Below are positions 10,300 through 24,700 of a stretch of 64,000 nucleotides of DNA, one piece after another. The stretch's first letter is position 1; every line of letters begins with the position of its first letter. The stretch lies in the NCBI RefSeq assembly GCF_964355755.1, contig NC_092673.1, forward strand, positions 34,159,648 to 34,223,647, written 5' to 3'. The position numbers were made by a program, and so were the translations under genes. The stretch comes from Antedon mediterranea (Eukaryota; Animalia; Echinodermata). The notes below the pieces were generated by a model. It searched no databases. It was not told where the DNA came from and was given only the letters and a program-made list of their open reading frames with translations.

Positions 10300-13130
10300 T
10301 TTGATATCGTCCTTAAACATCTTTGTGGTTTAGTGTGTAGTGGTTATTAAATATGGTGTAATATTGTGTTGTTGGCACGCTCATTCAATAGTAAACCTTT
10401 CAGTGGAGCAAGACAAGTAACAGTTGTGCTTTGGGAGCAGTTTTAGTTAATTTATTAATTAATATGCAATAGCATATATTTATATATATTTTTTTTTTTT
10501 GGAAAATTATTTTATTCAAATCAAATATTATATTATTATGTGGTTGTATGCATGCATTTGTATACTAGTTTTAATAAATAATTTATATAATTTTTATATT
10601 TAAAATTTGGGATATTCACTAAGGAAGTGATTTTAAATTTGTTGAATTTTGCTCCAAAGCGCAAACTTTCAGAGCCGCTTGTCTCTTGCCAAATCTAGTA
10701 TAACAACTCAAGCCTCTGAAATAGTATGGCCAAATGTAACGTAAACAAATTTATAAATCACAAAAAAATAAGACAATCTCAATAGAGTTTAGTTTGTGGG
10801 CTATAGAGATTACAATTGTATCCAGCTATCTGTTTAATGATACCAAATAGCATGCTAGAACATGCAAATTGTGCAATGGTTTATTCCACATGTGACATAA
10901 CATAACAACATATGTGTGCTAATTTTTAAGCTGGTAGTAGCCTGAAAATTGGCATACCTAGCTTAGAAAATCCATACAATAATAATAACCGATTGGTCTA
11001 TTGTCGATAGTGTCCCCTCACTGACGATTGATAAATATATAAATGTCCTACAGTAAAGTGTGCTAATGTAGATTCTCCATACCAGTGTCATTAGCCAGAG
11101 CTGGTTTATATGTCGCAATTTAAAAAAAAAATTATCTGTCCAAAAAAAATAATCGTCAAAGAATAGTAGAAGTTAGTGGATTATTTATTCAATATCTCGA
11201 CTAAGGTCGCATAGTATCGATTTTGATTTGTTTGTAATGTGATTGATAACTTATGTTCCGAAAACCTTGATTTAAAAAAAAAGAAATCAACCATTTTGAG
11301 TCTAAAAAAGGCTGAATATACAATCTTTGCTGCTATGACACGGCTGTGTAATAATATCTGCAAATGGATTTTATTTGCGATGCGATAGAATCTGACATTA
11401 ATGTATAACCCCATGACATTATCATCCTGATATTCACATTATCGTAACGTAAAGAGAATGTCTCATCCATCCAATTTTGTACTTACTGATGCGTAGCAGC
11501 AGTTTGAACAATTGCATATTTTGTGCAATGTTTTTTCTTAAATCCTATATTAAAGTACTAGCATTTAGGCAATCAATGTAGAGTTGTAACCCCGACGGCG
11601 GCAGCGTTCGTCTTGAAACAGATGGCCCTATCAGATACTAGACTTGCAGTTATCTGTCACTAAATAAACCACATTGCTAATGTACATCCACAATGTACCA
11701 GTAATCAGAAAATATTCATTTTCAATATTTGTCAGTAAAATGGTTTTATTTATCCTTTGAAGGATGTAATTTTAGAAGGTATTTTTAAGGATAACATTTT
11801 ATGGGGCAATTTGCCAGTTTTTTATTTGGGTGTTTTATTTTTCTAATGGAAAGAAAGTTATTGTTGATTAAAATGTAAACATGATGACATCCTCAGATGA
11901 GGTATGACATCATCAGATGTGGTATGACATCATCAGATGTGATCCTGTAGGTTTGTTTCTAACACAGTATATCAAATACAAAGTGTCATTTGGCGAGTTT
12001 TGTGTTTTTTACAAAAACAATTTCAATCAGTATTTTTAATATTGTGAACATGTTGCTTGCTGTATAAATAGTAAGAAACAATACTCACTATTCGTTACAA
12101 AAATGTTTGCAATTTTGATGAATTTTTACATAATTTAATGGTTCCTATTTAAGATTTGAATTTAACAAGAAGTTTCAGACATCACATTTTTGCACTATAA
12201 TAACATAGAAAGATGTATAAATTAACATGTTTTAATGTTGTTTCCTTTTTATATCTTTTCCATAGGTTTATATTGAGGCAACAAAAAGAGTACATTTAGT
12301 TACTCGACCTTTTTATTTTTCTGTGCAGTATTTGCTACCTGTGATTATAAACAAAAAAAAAAGCTTTTTTATATATATATATATAATTTTTTCTCCTACC
12401 TTTTATATCAAAATCAAACCGTTGTGTATGTTTATGTATTTCTGATACCTCATATAGCTATGTATCCTACAAGTATGTTAATTCTGTCACTGAAATTTTT
12501 GAAGAATGTTTAATATTGTATAATTAATATTATTTATAATTTCACAAATCTGTAAATCAAAAAAAAAAAAAAAAAGAATTTGTTTATTTTTAAAATAAAT
12601 TTTAGAAACCAAGTTTTTCACTAAAGCTTTTAAGATTTTTTATAAATGACTAATTTTGATGTAAAAGAGTAATGCATGTTTGTTTGCATGGTCCTTTTGT
12701 ATTTTCTTAAATCTGTAACGTTATTAATAATAGTGATATTAACATTATTAATAATAGTTGTAATATTCGCATGATAATGGGTTTTTTACAAGGAATATTG
12801 GGTTGAAATTCTCCCTCCAGCATGGTATCGCGGCGTTTCTTAATTTTGTATGCCATCCATCAGGATATGGTGCTACCTACACTCATAATGGTTCGTCCGA
12901 AATGAGCTGCCACCCTAAATACCATGTGCTTGGGAATTATTTAATTAACATTTATCTCAATCAGGGCGACCAGTTTTTTAATTCTTTTCAGTGCAATATG
13001 ATGTGGAATGGTACAGAAATGTGATTTTTTGTTTTTATATTTGAAAAGTTTTCATAATATATTGTTATTTTTCCATTATATGGCAGCTTGTTTTGTAATT
13101 GTTCAATAAAACTATCTTCATGCAATGCCT
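10300..13130 (+). promoter_or_regulatory. Putative long 3' UTR of the CPEB gene (3' end uncertain)
   Basis: Follows the stop codon and is U/A-rich with many TTTTAT/TTTTAAT (CPE-like) motifs. AATAAA candidates at 10573-10578 and 13105-13110, and four miR-92-family seed matches. Long UTRs are typical of CPEB2-4. Confidence 0.5.
11884..11942. repeat. 20-bp tandem repeat, 3 copies, in the putative 3' UTR
   Basis: atgacatc(c/a)tcagatg(a/t)ggt repeated three times. Confidence 0.8.
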
Positions 13131-14663
13131 GAAGATATTGGGTAGTATCAAAAGTGCACTTCATATTCAGCAGTTAGAACCCATATTAAAAGGACATCTT
13201 TGGGACCAACGTGAGTTGGCCATAGGGTTAAAACAAGCTAACAAAAAACAAGCTGCTTGTTATTTTCCCGGGAAAGTGTCCCTTTAAAAGGGTGTCCTGA
13301 ATAAAGGCATACTAAAGCAAGGTTCTACTTTACTCTATTCTGCTACTATGTAGTATTTGAATTTATCTAATCAGTTACATCAAGAGTAGATCTATCCAAT
13401 ACATTAAATTCCTAGTTTGTTTGCCATCAACTGCAACAATTGTTTTTCCAAAACTGACTGGTAAAACAAATATTTTGCTCTTTTCCACATTTTTTGGTAA
13501 AATCTTATAGCCCTAACTGTAATTTACAGTACAAAAACAGTTAATTTGGGATAGTTTTATTGAACAACTGAATCTTTAGCACAGATAATGTGATCAGATT
13601 TAGTATAAAGTTGTTTTAGATTTTGTGGTAGTTGCTGTGGTTGAATTTTTGTTCAGATTTTCCGTTCAGTAGTTTATAAGAAATTAATTGTTTTCAGTTT
13701 AATATACAGATTCTTTATTTTGATTTTGTGGTTTTATTTATTTAATAGAAAAAGATTATTTGTTTTAAAAGTACTGCTTTTTGATTTCAATCGTAATTTA
13801 TTATTGCTGAATAAAGTATATGTTTTTTTTTCTTTTTTGTTATTAAGAATATGTATTTCTTTATGGAAAAATAATAGCAAGGTACTGTTGTTTTGTTTGA
13901 AAGGCTTTGCGGTGTCCATTCAGAATTTATCTTGTTTGTGTTATTTGTATATGGGAATTATATTAGATAAATATTTTTGTTGAATCTGAATTAATACCAA
14001 AGTTTATATGTTTTGGACAAAAAAAAAGTATAAAAAAAAACAATAACCCAAGAGGTAAACCTTATAACCGTTATTATTAGTGTGGTTTCTTTTTTATTTT
14101 TCACTTGATGTAATTCTTAATATTTGTTGGTTTTAAAAGAATGATTTTTTTTTTGTCAGTTTATATTTTCAAGTTATAAGTACTAATTTAGATTATTTAA
14201 GGTATTTTTAATATAAATTTTTCATATTAATAGCTTGTTTTTGTGGAAAGAATATTATAGAATAGTAGATATACGATGGTTTATACATTGATGGTAGATA
14301 TGTGTGTTATGTGTGCGAGGGAATCTTTGTATGCGTGTGCGTCTTCAATCCCACTCCATTACTTCTTACATTAAATCTTTTAAACGGTGCAAGTTGAATG
14401 GAGCTGTAGGTATAATGCGGATGGAATTACTAATTATACTCATAATGCAATAATACAGGGAATTCATATTGTACTATTAAACAACAAAAAAATATTTAAA
14501 CAAAATGTTATTATATTTAAACCATATAATAAACATACCCGTTTATTTACTACATTTATAACTTTTTCTTATAACAATTAAAAAACAAAAAAATATCTAG
14601 TACCTGCGATACAACCAACACCAATGTGGTACAGATTGTGGTCCAGTAATTGTTTAATCTTAA

Positions 14664-14813
14664 GGGACCATGTCAAAATGATGTTACTGCAGCAACTACA
14701 GTAACTACGCTGTTTATGCAATTATTTATAAACACCCTGTTTATTATAATAGTAAACATTGAAACAAAATAAAATCAATTGTAAAACCAGTAGAATCATT
14801 TTGACATGATCCC
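14664..14813. mobile_element. Short Harbinger-type MITE (150 bp)
   Basis: TAA-gggaccatgtcaaaatgat ... atcattttgacatgatccc-TAA. Confidence 0.78.
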
Positions 14814-16999
14814 TAAGATAATCTGTAGAAACTACTCTTTATTATGGTAAATAATTGCGGCATAATTGCTGAGCACCATTATCTGGTAAAATTCGGTCTT
14901 AATTTATTACATGTTCTTCACATAAACCTAAAAAAAATTGTATAAGCGCAGCGACTCTTGTTCGGTCATTTACTGTAAACTAATGTGTTAGTAGACTTTT
15001 CTCACACTATCCACTTGCATTGTGTAACTATACATTGTGTGTTATGATACAAATAGCAAAAAAAACGCTCCATAGATAACCAGTGTAACTATGTAATCGA
15101 TGTATAGGAACTTAATAACAAACAGTATGTCGTTTCACAGTTTTTGGATTGGATTGCAAAGTGTAAAGCATTTCAGATCACATGAATATTATGTTTGAAT
15201 GTACATTGTACACATTTAGTATTCTTGTTTGAACCATAGAACCCCGTGAAAACAAGCAAAAATAACCTGGGATTTGAACCTAAACCGCTGTAAGACCACA
15301 ACACTGCCAGTTGATCTAAAAGACTTTACACTTACACATTGCAATACATAATGCGAAATGGCTTCTCGTTTTTAAACACTTAATTTCCAAATGAGTAATG
15401 TGAAACCCCGTACAATACTCTCTGCTTAATACAGATTTTAAATACAAATAGACAGTAAAGTCAATTTATATATACTTTTATGATAATTTGCATATTTTTT
15501 TAACCGATTTCTTCAATAACTGTTGAAGCAATTTTTATATAGTTGTTTACCTAAAGTAATTTATAGAAACTTGATAATTTGCATATTTTTTTAAACCGAT
15601 TTGACTTCAATACAAGAAATTTTTATATATAGTAAATAATCCAACTTGTACCGGGTGACTTTTTTACTATGCACTAAGGGGCCGTGTGCAAAATCCAGTT
15701 GTGTTTGATAGAAGTGATTTTGATATAGAATTAATTTTTCTATTTAAATCAACATTGTAATTTTGGGAAACAGATATTGTATATATGTTGTATTCATTTT
15801 ATAATAATTATTACATTATTTTTCTTCCAGACTTCTTCCCATTAAGTACTGGTGTGTATAATAATAACAGAGTATTTTTTCCAAAAGGCTCGCTCTAAAT
15901 CACCTTGTTTTCTGAAAAATCAGTTTTAATAGAAAGAAAAATATGCGTAATATCCTTAAAAAACATTATATACAATAAAATGGCGTCGATATTAGGGTTT
16001 TGTCTATTATATATATTTGGGAATACATTTTATGTTATTTGCAGTCAATTTTGATGAAAATACTTTCTTGTTTTTTGGAGTATTTCTAAGCATTTGTGAT
16101 TGTTTTTTGAGATCTTTCTAACTTTTTGAAGCTCTTTATGTAACTAATAAATGAAAAAAAAAATCTGGTGTTGTGTTCGCTTTTTTTTTGTATAGTACAG
16201 TTGAACAACGTGTCTTCTTATATACCCGTTTCCCCTGAATATGGACCATTTATTCCCGAAGTACGTACCCACTGGGCACTAAGGAAAAACGCTCCATTTA
16301 CAACATACAACTTTGGGGAATTGTTATTCAGGGGACACTTTAGTCTTAAACAAACAAAAAGATTTATACAGTAGAACTGCCTATTACAGTACCCACTTTG
16401 ATGGGTCCTTATTGTGTCTTCTTTTATCACCATACTGATTCGTTAGTAAGAGTGCTTATCTGCATAATCTATATCTATAAGTGTAGATGAGACAGCAGAG
16501 ATGATTTGACCAATCACAGACGATGGCGGTGGGATTATTCCTACTTGCGTTGCGTTTCTAGTTGGAACCAAGCTTCACTTCATTTGCTTCATTTGATTTC
16601 TTCAAAATAAAATGTAATCCAGTACTGTCAAGTAAACCAGGACTTTGTTGTTGAGTAACATATTTACTAAAATTAAAAATGCATTGCCATGACTTAACTA
16701 CGTATTCACAATCAAGTTTACTTCAGCAAGTTCGAAAAAGGATTCACACATCGGGCAAGAAATTAAGAAATCAATCAAATGAAACATGTATCCCATTGGC
16801 AAGGACTTAGAGAAGTAAACTGTGATAAATCTAAGTGTTTAGCAATATGCATATTGGGTTTGTTTCAGCTCTGGGTTTAATTCTCTTCCTCATAAAATGT
16901 TTTATGTACTATTTCATTTCAAGTTTATATAATTTCATAGTATGTCTGTTGTACTCCCGTTTGCATGTAAAGATTTGTATTTACTTTTTTTTTCTTACT

Positions 17000-19900
17000 T
17001 GTACTATAGTATAGGGAAATTTGTTGATAACGCAATATATACGCATATATGGCAATATTATTGCATAATAATTGAAATTTAAAAAGTCGATATTAGTATA
17101 GGGAAATTTTCGAAAAATGACCAAATTTCGAGCTTTTTATTTTTTGACATAAATGGTTACTATAGCATAATAAACATGCGCAGAGTCCAGTAATGGGTTC
17201 TGCGCATGTCAATTGTGCAATAGTAACCACTTTTGACATAAATGGTTACTATAGCATAATAAACATGCGCAGAGTCGAATAATGCGTTCTGCGCATGTCA
17301 ATTGTGCTATAGTAACCAGTTTTATCAAAAAATAAAAAGGTCGAAAATTTGCCATTTTTTGAAAAAATCCCTGTACTTATAGTACAGGGAAATTTTCGAA
17401 AAATGACCAATTTTCGACCCTTTTATTTTTTGACATAAATGGTTACTATAGCATAATAAACATGCGCAGAGTCGAATAATGCGTTCTGCGCATGTCAATT
17501 GTGCTATAGTAACCAGTTTTATCGAAAATTAAATAAATTTATATTTTGACATAAATGGTTACTATAGCATAATAAATATGCCCAGAGTCGAATAATGCGT
17601 TCTGCGCATGTCAATTGTGCTATAGTAACCACGTTTGACATAAATGGTTACTATAACATAATAAACATGCGCAGGGCCGAATAATGCGTTCTGCGCATGT
17701 CAATTATGCTATAGTAACCAGTTTTATCGAAAAATAAAAAGGTCAAAAATTTGCAATTTTTTGAAAAAATCCCTATACTATAGTACAGGGAAATTTTCGA
17801 AAAATAACCAATTTTTGACTCTTTTATTTTTTGACATAAATGGTTACTATAGCATAATAAACATGCGCAGAGACGAATAATGTGTTCTGCGCATGTCAAT
17901 TGTGCTATAATAACCACTTTTGACATAAATGGTTAGTATAGCATAATAAACATGCGCAGCGCCGAATAATGCGTTCTGCGCATGTCAATTGTGCTATAGT
18001 AACCAGTTTTATCGAAAAATAAAAAGGTCGAAAATTGGCCATTTTTTTAAAAATCCCTGTACTATAGTAGAGGGAAATTTTCGAAAAATAACCAATTTTC
18101 GACTCTTTTATTTTTTGACATAAATGGTTACTATAGAATAATAAACATGCGCAGAGTCGAATAATGCGTTCTGCGCATGTCAATTGTGCTATAGTAACCA
18201 CTTTTGACATAAATGGTTACTATAGCATAATAAACATGCGCAGCGCCGAATAATGCGTTCTGCGCATGTCAATTATGCTATAGTAACCAGTTTTATCGAA
18301 AATAAAAAGGTCGAAAATTGGCCATTTTTTTTTTAAATTCCTGTACTATAGTATAGGGAAATTTTTGAAAAATGACCAATTTTCGACCCTTTTATTTTTT
18401 GACATAAATGGTTACTATAGCATAATAAACATGCGCAGAGTCGAATAATGGGTTCTGCGCATGTCAATTGTGCTATAGTAACCAGTTTTATTGAAAAATA
18501 AAAAGGTCGAAAATTGGCAATTTTTGGAAAAATCCATGTACTATAGTACAGGGAAATTTTCGAAAAATAACCAATTTTCGACTCTTTTATTTTTTGACAT
18601 AAATGGTTACTATGGCATAATAAACATGCGCAGAGTCGAATAATGCGTTCTGCGCATGTCAATTGTGCTATAGTAACCACTTTTGACATAAATGGTTACT
18701 ATAGCATAATAAACATGCGCAGTGCCGAATAATGCGTTCTGCGCATGTCAATTATGCTATAGTAACCAGTTTTATCGAAAAATAAAAAGGTCGAAAATCG
18801 GCCATTTTTTGAAAAATCCCTGTACTATAGTACAGGGAAATTTTCGAAAAATAACCAATTTTCGACTCTTTTATTTTTTGACATAAATGGTTACTATAGC
18901 ATAATAAACATGCGCATAGTCGAATAATGCGTTCTGCGCATGTCAATTGTGCTATAGTAACCACTTTTGACATAAATGGTTACTATAGCATAATAAACAT
19001 GCGCAGCGCCGAATAATGCGTTCTGCGCATGTCAATTATGCTATAGTAACCAGTTTTATCGAAAAATAAAAAGGTCGAAAATCGGCCATTTTTTGAAAAA
19101 TCCCTGTACTATAGTAGAGGGAAATTTTCGAAAAATAACCAATTTTCGACTCTTTTATTTTTTGACATAAATGGTTACTATAGCATAATAAACATGCGCA
19201 TAGTCGAATAATGCGTTCTGCGCATGTCAATTGTGCTATAGTAACCACTTTTGACATAAATGGTTACTATAGCATAATAAACATGCGCAGCGCCGAATAA
19301 TGCGTTCTGCGCATGTCAATTATGCTATAGTAGCCAGTTTTATCGAAAAATAAAAAGGTCGAAAATTGGCCATTTTGGAAAAATCCCTGTACTATAGTAC
19401 AGGGAAATTTTCGAAAAATAACCAATTTTCGACTCTTTTATTTTTTGACATAAATGGTTACTATAGCATAATAAACATGCGCAGAGTCGGATAATGCGTT
19501 CTGCGCATGTCAATTGTGCTATAGTAACCACTTTTGACATAAATGGTTACTATAGCATAATAAACATGCGCAGCGCCGAATAATGCGTTCTGCGCATGTC
19601 AATTATGCTATAGTAACCAGTTTTATTTCGAAAAATAAAAAGGTCGAAAATCGGCCATTTTTGGAAAAATCCCTGTACTATAGTACAGGGAAATTTTCGA
19701 AAAATAACCAATTTTCGACTCTTTTATTTTTTGACATAAATGGTTACTATAGCACAATAAACATGCGCATAGTCGAATAATGCGTTCTGCGCATGTCAAT
19801 TGTGCTATAGTAACCACTTTTGACATAAATGGTTACTATAGCATAATAAACATGCGCAGCGCCGAATAATGCGTTCTGCGCATGTCAATTATGCTATAGT

Positions 19901-21030
19901 AGCCAGTTTTATCGAAAAATAAAAAGGTCGAAAATTGGCCAATTTGGAAAAATCCCTGTACAGGGAAATTTTCGAAAAATAACCGATTTTCGACTCTTTT
20001 ATTTTTTGACATAAATGGTTACTATAGCATAATAAACATGCGCAGAGTCGGATAATGGGTTCTGCGCATGTAAATTGTGCTATAGTAACCACTTTTTACA
20101 TAAATGGTTACTATAGCATAATAAACATGCGCAGCGCCGAATAATGCGTTCTGCGCATGTCAATTATGCTATAGTAACCAGTTTTATTTCGAAAAATAAA
20201 AAGATCGAAAATTTGCCATTTTTTGAAACATCCCTGTACTATAGTACAGGGAAATTTTCGAAAAATAACCAATTTCGACTCTTTTATTTTTTGACATAAA
20301 TGGTTACTATAGCATAATAAACATGCGCAGAGTCGAATAATGCGTTCTGCGCATGTCAATTGTGCTATAGTAACCACTTTTGACATAAATGGTTACTATA
20401 GCATAATAAACATGCGCAGCGTCGAATAATGCGTTCTGCGCATGTCAATTATGCTATAGTAACCAGTTTTATCGAAAAATAAAAAGGTCGAAAATCGGCC
20501 ATTTTTGGAAAAATCCCTGTACTATAGTACATGGAAATTTTCGAAAAATAACCAATTTTCGACTCTTTTATTTTTTGACATAAATGGTTACTATAGCATA
20601 ATAAACATGCGCATAGTCGAATAATGCGTTCTGCGCATGTCAATTGTGCTATAGTAACCACTTTTGACATAAATGGTTACTATAGCATAATAAACATGCG
20701 CAGCACCGAATAATGCGTTCTGCGCATGTCAATTATGCTATAGTAGCCAGTTTTATCGAAAAATAAAAAGGTCGAAAATTGGCCATTTTGGAAAAATCCC
20801 TGTACAGGGAAATTTTCGAAAAATAACCAATGACCAAATTTCGACCTTTTTATTTGTTGACATAAATGCTTACTATATCATAATTAACATGTGCACATGT
20901 TCTGTGCATGTTAATTATGCTATAGTAAACAGTTACATCGAAAGATAAAAAGGTCGACATTTCGTCATTCTTTTGAAAAATCCCTGTATAAGGAAAATTT
21001 CGAAAAAAATTGCCAAATTTTGGCTATTTT
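17000..21030. repeat. Satellite array, ~284-bp monomer (A + A' + B palindromic subunits), about 13-14 monomers with degenerate edges
   Basis: Repeated pseudo-ORF starts at 18973, 19257, 19540 and 19826 (spacing 283-286). The ~89-bp subunit gacataaatggttactatagcataataaacatgcgcag...ctgcgcatgtcaattgtgctatagtaacca occurs twice per monomer. Confidence 0.97.
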
Positions 21031-24000
21031 ATTTTTTTTTGCAGAATCACATCATGTGGTCTGCGTATGTTACCTCAATACATATTTAAAAAAGTCGTTT
21101 ATGGCCATTAAAAAAAAAAATGTCCAATTTTTGGTCAAAGTAAATTAAAATGGCAAAAACATTTAACAAAATTTCCTTAAGCTTATTTAGACTGCTGTTC
21201 ATTTGTCCATCTGGAGAAGTAAATAAACACTACTATAGATTAAAATGTGCATCCATATGGAGAAATATGGTACACACATGTTTTAGATAAAAAGGTAAAC
21301 AATACTACTAATATCATAAGTGTCTCTCTCCCTCTTTCTACCAGTTTAACATAATAATAAATAACCAATATATTATATATTTATTTAATTTTATTATCCT
21401 TTATCCAATATTATAGGCATCTTTTGTACAAATGAAATTAACAACTGAACTACCAAATCAAATTTACCATTATGATAACCACACTAGGAGGAACATTTTG
21501 GGTTGGTGGTTAGACAATTTTTAGAACTTCTCTTCAAGACATCTTCTTATGCAAAAAGAAAAGCCTTTGATTTGATGACAATCACTATCAGCTGAGCCTC
21601 TTCACCACAACACTGTAAATACAATTTCAAAGGTCAAAAACGGGGAAATGAGAGAGGACACATCTGCTCACCAGAAGTTTCAACTTCAAATTGATCAAAC
21701 ATTAATAAATTGTGTTATAGTCTACCAATATAGCATATGCTCTTTCATAGTTCGTCGGCCCACTCGCATATAATAAATTATTTTATAAACATTGAATAGT
21801 TTGAAGTATAGAGATGTTAAGCCACACCGTAAACTATTAACCAGATTTTTTTTAAACATCTGTGTTCATATACTGTATGTATATACAAAATACAATATAA
21901 ACAGATGGTATTGTATGTATAGAAGTATATTGTATCATTGGTTTTGCAGGCATTGTAGTAACATTAAATAGGCCTATAATTCAACAACCATGTTTCAATA
22001 TAAACTTTATTTAGAAAAATAAAAAATGTATTCAATATGCATTTTAATTTCTTACTTTAGCATTTTAAATCAGAAGTTAGATAAATATTATGATGTAGTT
22101 GTATTGTGTTCTGTGAAAGAGAGCAATCACTTCACCTCATAAGAACTTCGCCAAACAATAGTACTTAAATTGTTTGTCTAATACAGACCAAACAACTTAA
22201 GTTCATTTAGAACTCTTATAGATAATTTGAGTGACCTTTAAATGCCATATGAGCGATTATAATCAATTATCGTTGAATTAATTGTATATTAACATTTAAC
22301 TACTCCTATTTACTAAGTACATGATTTGCTAACATTTTGTGGCATCGCTATCTTAATATGGATGTTGCTATTGACTATAGTTACAGACAACCATATGGTG
22401 AGTGTGTCTTTTAATAACAGAATGTAGCATATATTAGCAAAATATTATTATTATATTATTTAAAAGACAAATTTGGTGTTTTGGAGATTCTTCAGTTTTA
22501 CCCAGAAAATTAAATATGGTTAATTGTATCAAGTTGACACCAGATCTGATAATGAGTAACTAGAGCTAACTTATCAGTAGTAGTAGTATGGCATGTGACC
22601 CACAGAGACTTGAACAGACCTGAATAAATAACCAGCATAGGGAATACAGATATCAAGGTAGACCTAGTTTTGTTGAGATACTATTTTCTTTTTGCTTACT
22701 GCTATGTGCACCCTCTTTTATACAGAACACTCCCCCACCTCTTTCCACAACTAGACCTGTACCAAATCAAATTGTTGTTTTCTTTGGTTTTATTGACATT
22801 CACTCAAGAATACAGTATATCAACATCAAAATGTATCTGTATATTAGAAAGCAATGTACATCTTATCTTTTATATCAACAAGGCCAATAAAAAATATAAT
22901 TTAATTTATAGATTTTTGTCTGAATGCTCATAAATTCTAGTTATGAGCTCATAATACTGTATTTGGGTTTTCTTTATCTAGGGATGTTCAGTTGTTTTTT
23001 AATTTATTGAATCTTTCTAGTGATCTTTACATTGTCTTTTTCGTTTTCTAATTTCTGACAATTGAATTAATTTACTCTACACTGTATTCAATTATTTTAG
23101 TGCGGACACAAAAAAACCATGAGTAGGCCTACACAGGGCATAGGACAACTTTTGAACTTGCCTTATAACCAATTGTTTGCACTGGATGCTAAATTTAACC
23201 ATGGTAAGTAAATTTACCGAAGCATATGGGTTCTTATAACATATATAATTTATTGTAATTAATGTATGCTGTTTAACTGTTTCTAAATAAATGTTGTTGA
23301 TTATATGCACCCAGTTGGTTTTAATACTATTAAAATGACATTGGACATTTTATGGATACAAAGATAAGTTCTTCTGGGCAAGCAGTCATCACTAAAATGA
23401 ATCACTAGGCTGTGATAATCTAACCTTTGGGAAAATAATAACCACCATTCAGATTGGAATTGTTAGCTCGATCAAGACTTTTGTAAGCCTAGTTAAAAAA
23501 CAAAATACAACCTATGAAAGTTATCAGTAAAGTATATTACCATAGATTTCCTTAAAAATGACAGGGTACCCTTAATATTGATCAATAAATAGATTATAAT
23601 TAGTCTTGTAAAGGAAACAATTACTAGGTGCCATGCTATGGTTTCTATAAATATTATCCATAAATTTGCCATTTGCTATTAATTAAACATAAGCAATTGA
23701 TCTATGGGGAGATTTCGTGTTGGAAATGTATCATAATATTTGTGCTATATTAAAGGGCTTAAAGGGTAGCTCCGGGAGGTTTCAACGCTACTTATTTTAT
23801 TATAAGTGCTGTAAAATAAGCCCTTAAAAAAGTGGTTCTACAGGAATTTTATAAGATAGGAAATTCACTAAAATTGACTTTTATTTTACATTGGACTATT
23901 TTACAAAAACGTACCTGGTTAATGATTTCAATTTTTTGTAAATCAGTAAAATTATATAACATACGAAAATGTGCACCACTTTTTTTTTTACAAGGGGTTT

Positions 24001-24559
24001 TCTGCTTCGTCATTAAATTTATTTCCCATAGAAACCAGTACTATATTACATATTTTATGTTAAAAAAAAGATTCACAATTTTCTCAAAATACAGTAAAGT
24101 ACAATATTTAAATAATACCTTAGCACAGTATAATCAATATACCTATTAACGATAGGGATTTTAAATGCTTTCAAAGTAGAAAAATCTACTGTAGGTATTT
24201 CAAATGTTCGGACAGTTTATTTTTCCCAAAGGAAATTTATCAGTTTGAGACGCTAGTTTCACATGAGTTGGATCTTAGCTAAATATCAATTTATGTGCTT
24301 GACGCAAAATTTAAGCTTCAAACACAACATTTATAACATACATACAAGATCAGTTTCTTTTTTAAACATTTAGTTTCTTTTAATTTATTTCCTCTTTAAA
24401 CAGCATGCTCCGATTTTTTTTTCTGTACGGACTCTTTGTTGTTTTACATAATCTTTCCCTCGGGCATATTTTAAATTTATACAGACAAGATTTTATGTTC
24501 ATGTGTATTTGCCCTACATCAGGTATGACAAGAGAGCAAAGTTGATGCTGTATCGTGGA

Positions 24560-24700
24560 TGCTTTAGTTGTATTCACATTGTGCCTCTTTTACTTTTAAT
24601 TATATATGTATATTGATTGTAAACAAACGTTATCAGCCAATGGCTGCTGTTTTGTATGTGTTTTTAAACCTAAATAAATAAAATAAATAAATAAATAAAT
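24560..24700 (+). mobile_element. Probable LINE 3' UTR remnant with a (TAAA)n tail
   Basis: T-rich tract, tcagccaatggctgc mini-hairpin, then taaataaataaaataaataaataaataaat. Confidence 0.35.

Noticed and set aside
17651-20670. Repeated minus-strand ORFs MSKVVTIAQLTCAERIIRLCACLL...
   Set aside because: They are translations of the 284-bp satellite, with frameshifts between copies and no splice or domain evidence.
17000-21030. CRISPR-like appearance of regularly spaced palindromic repeats (also 47544-48042 and 60470-61135)
   Set aside because: The intervening sequences are repeated rather than unique spacers, there are no cas genes, and the context is eukaryotic with spliceosomal introns.
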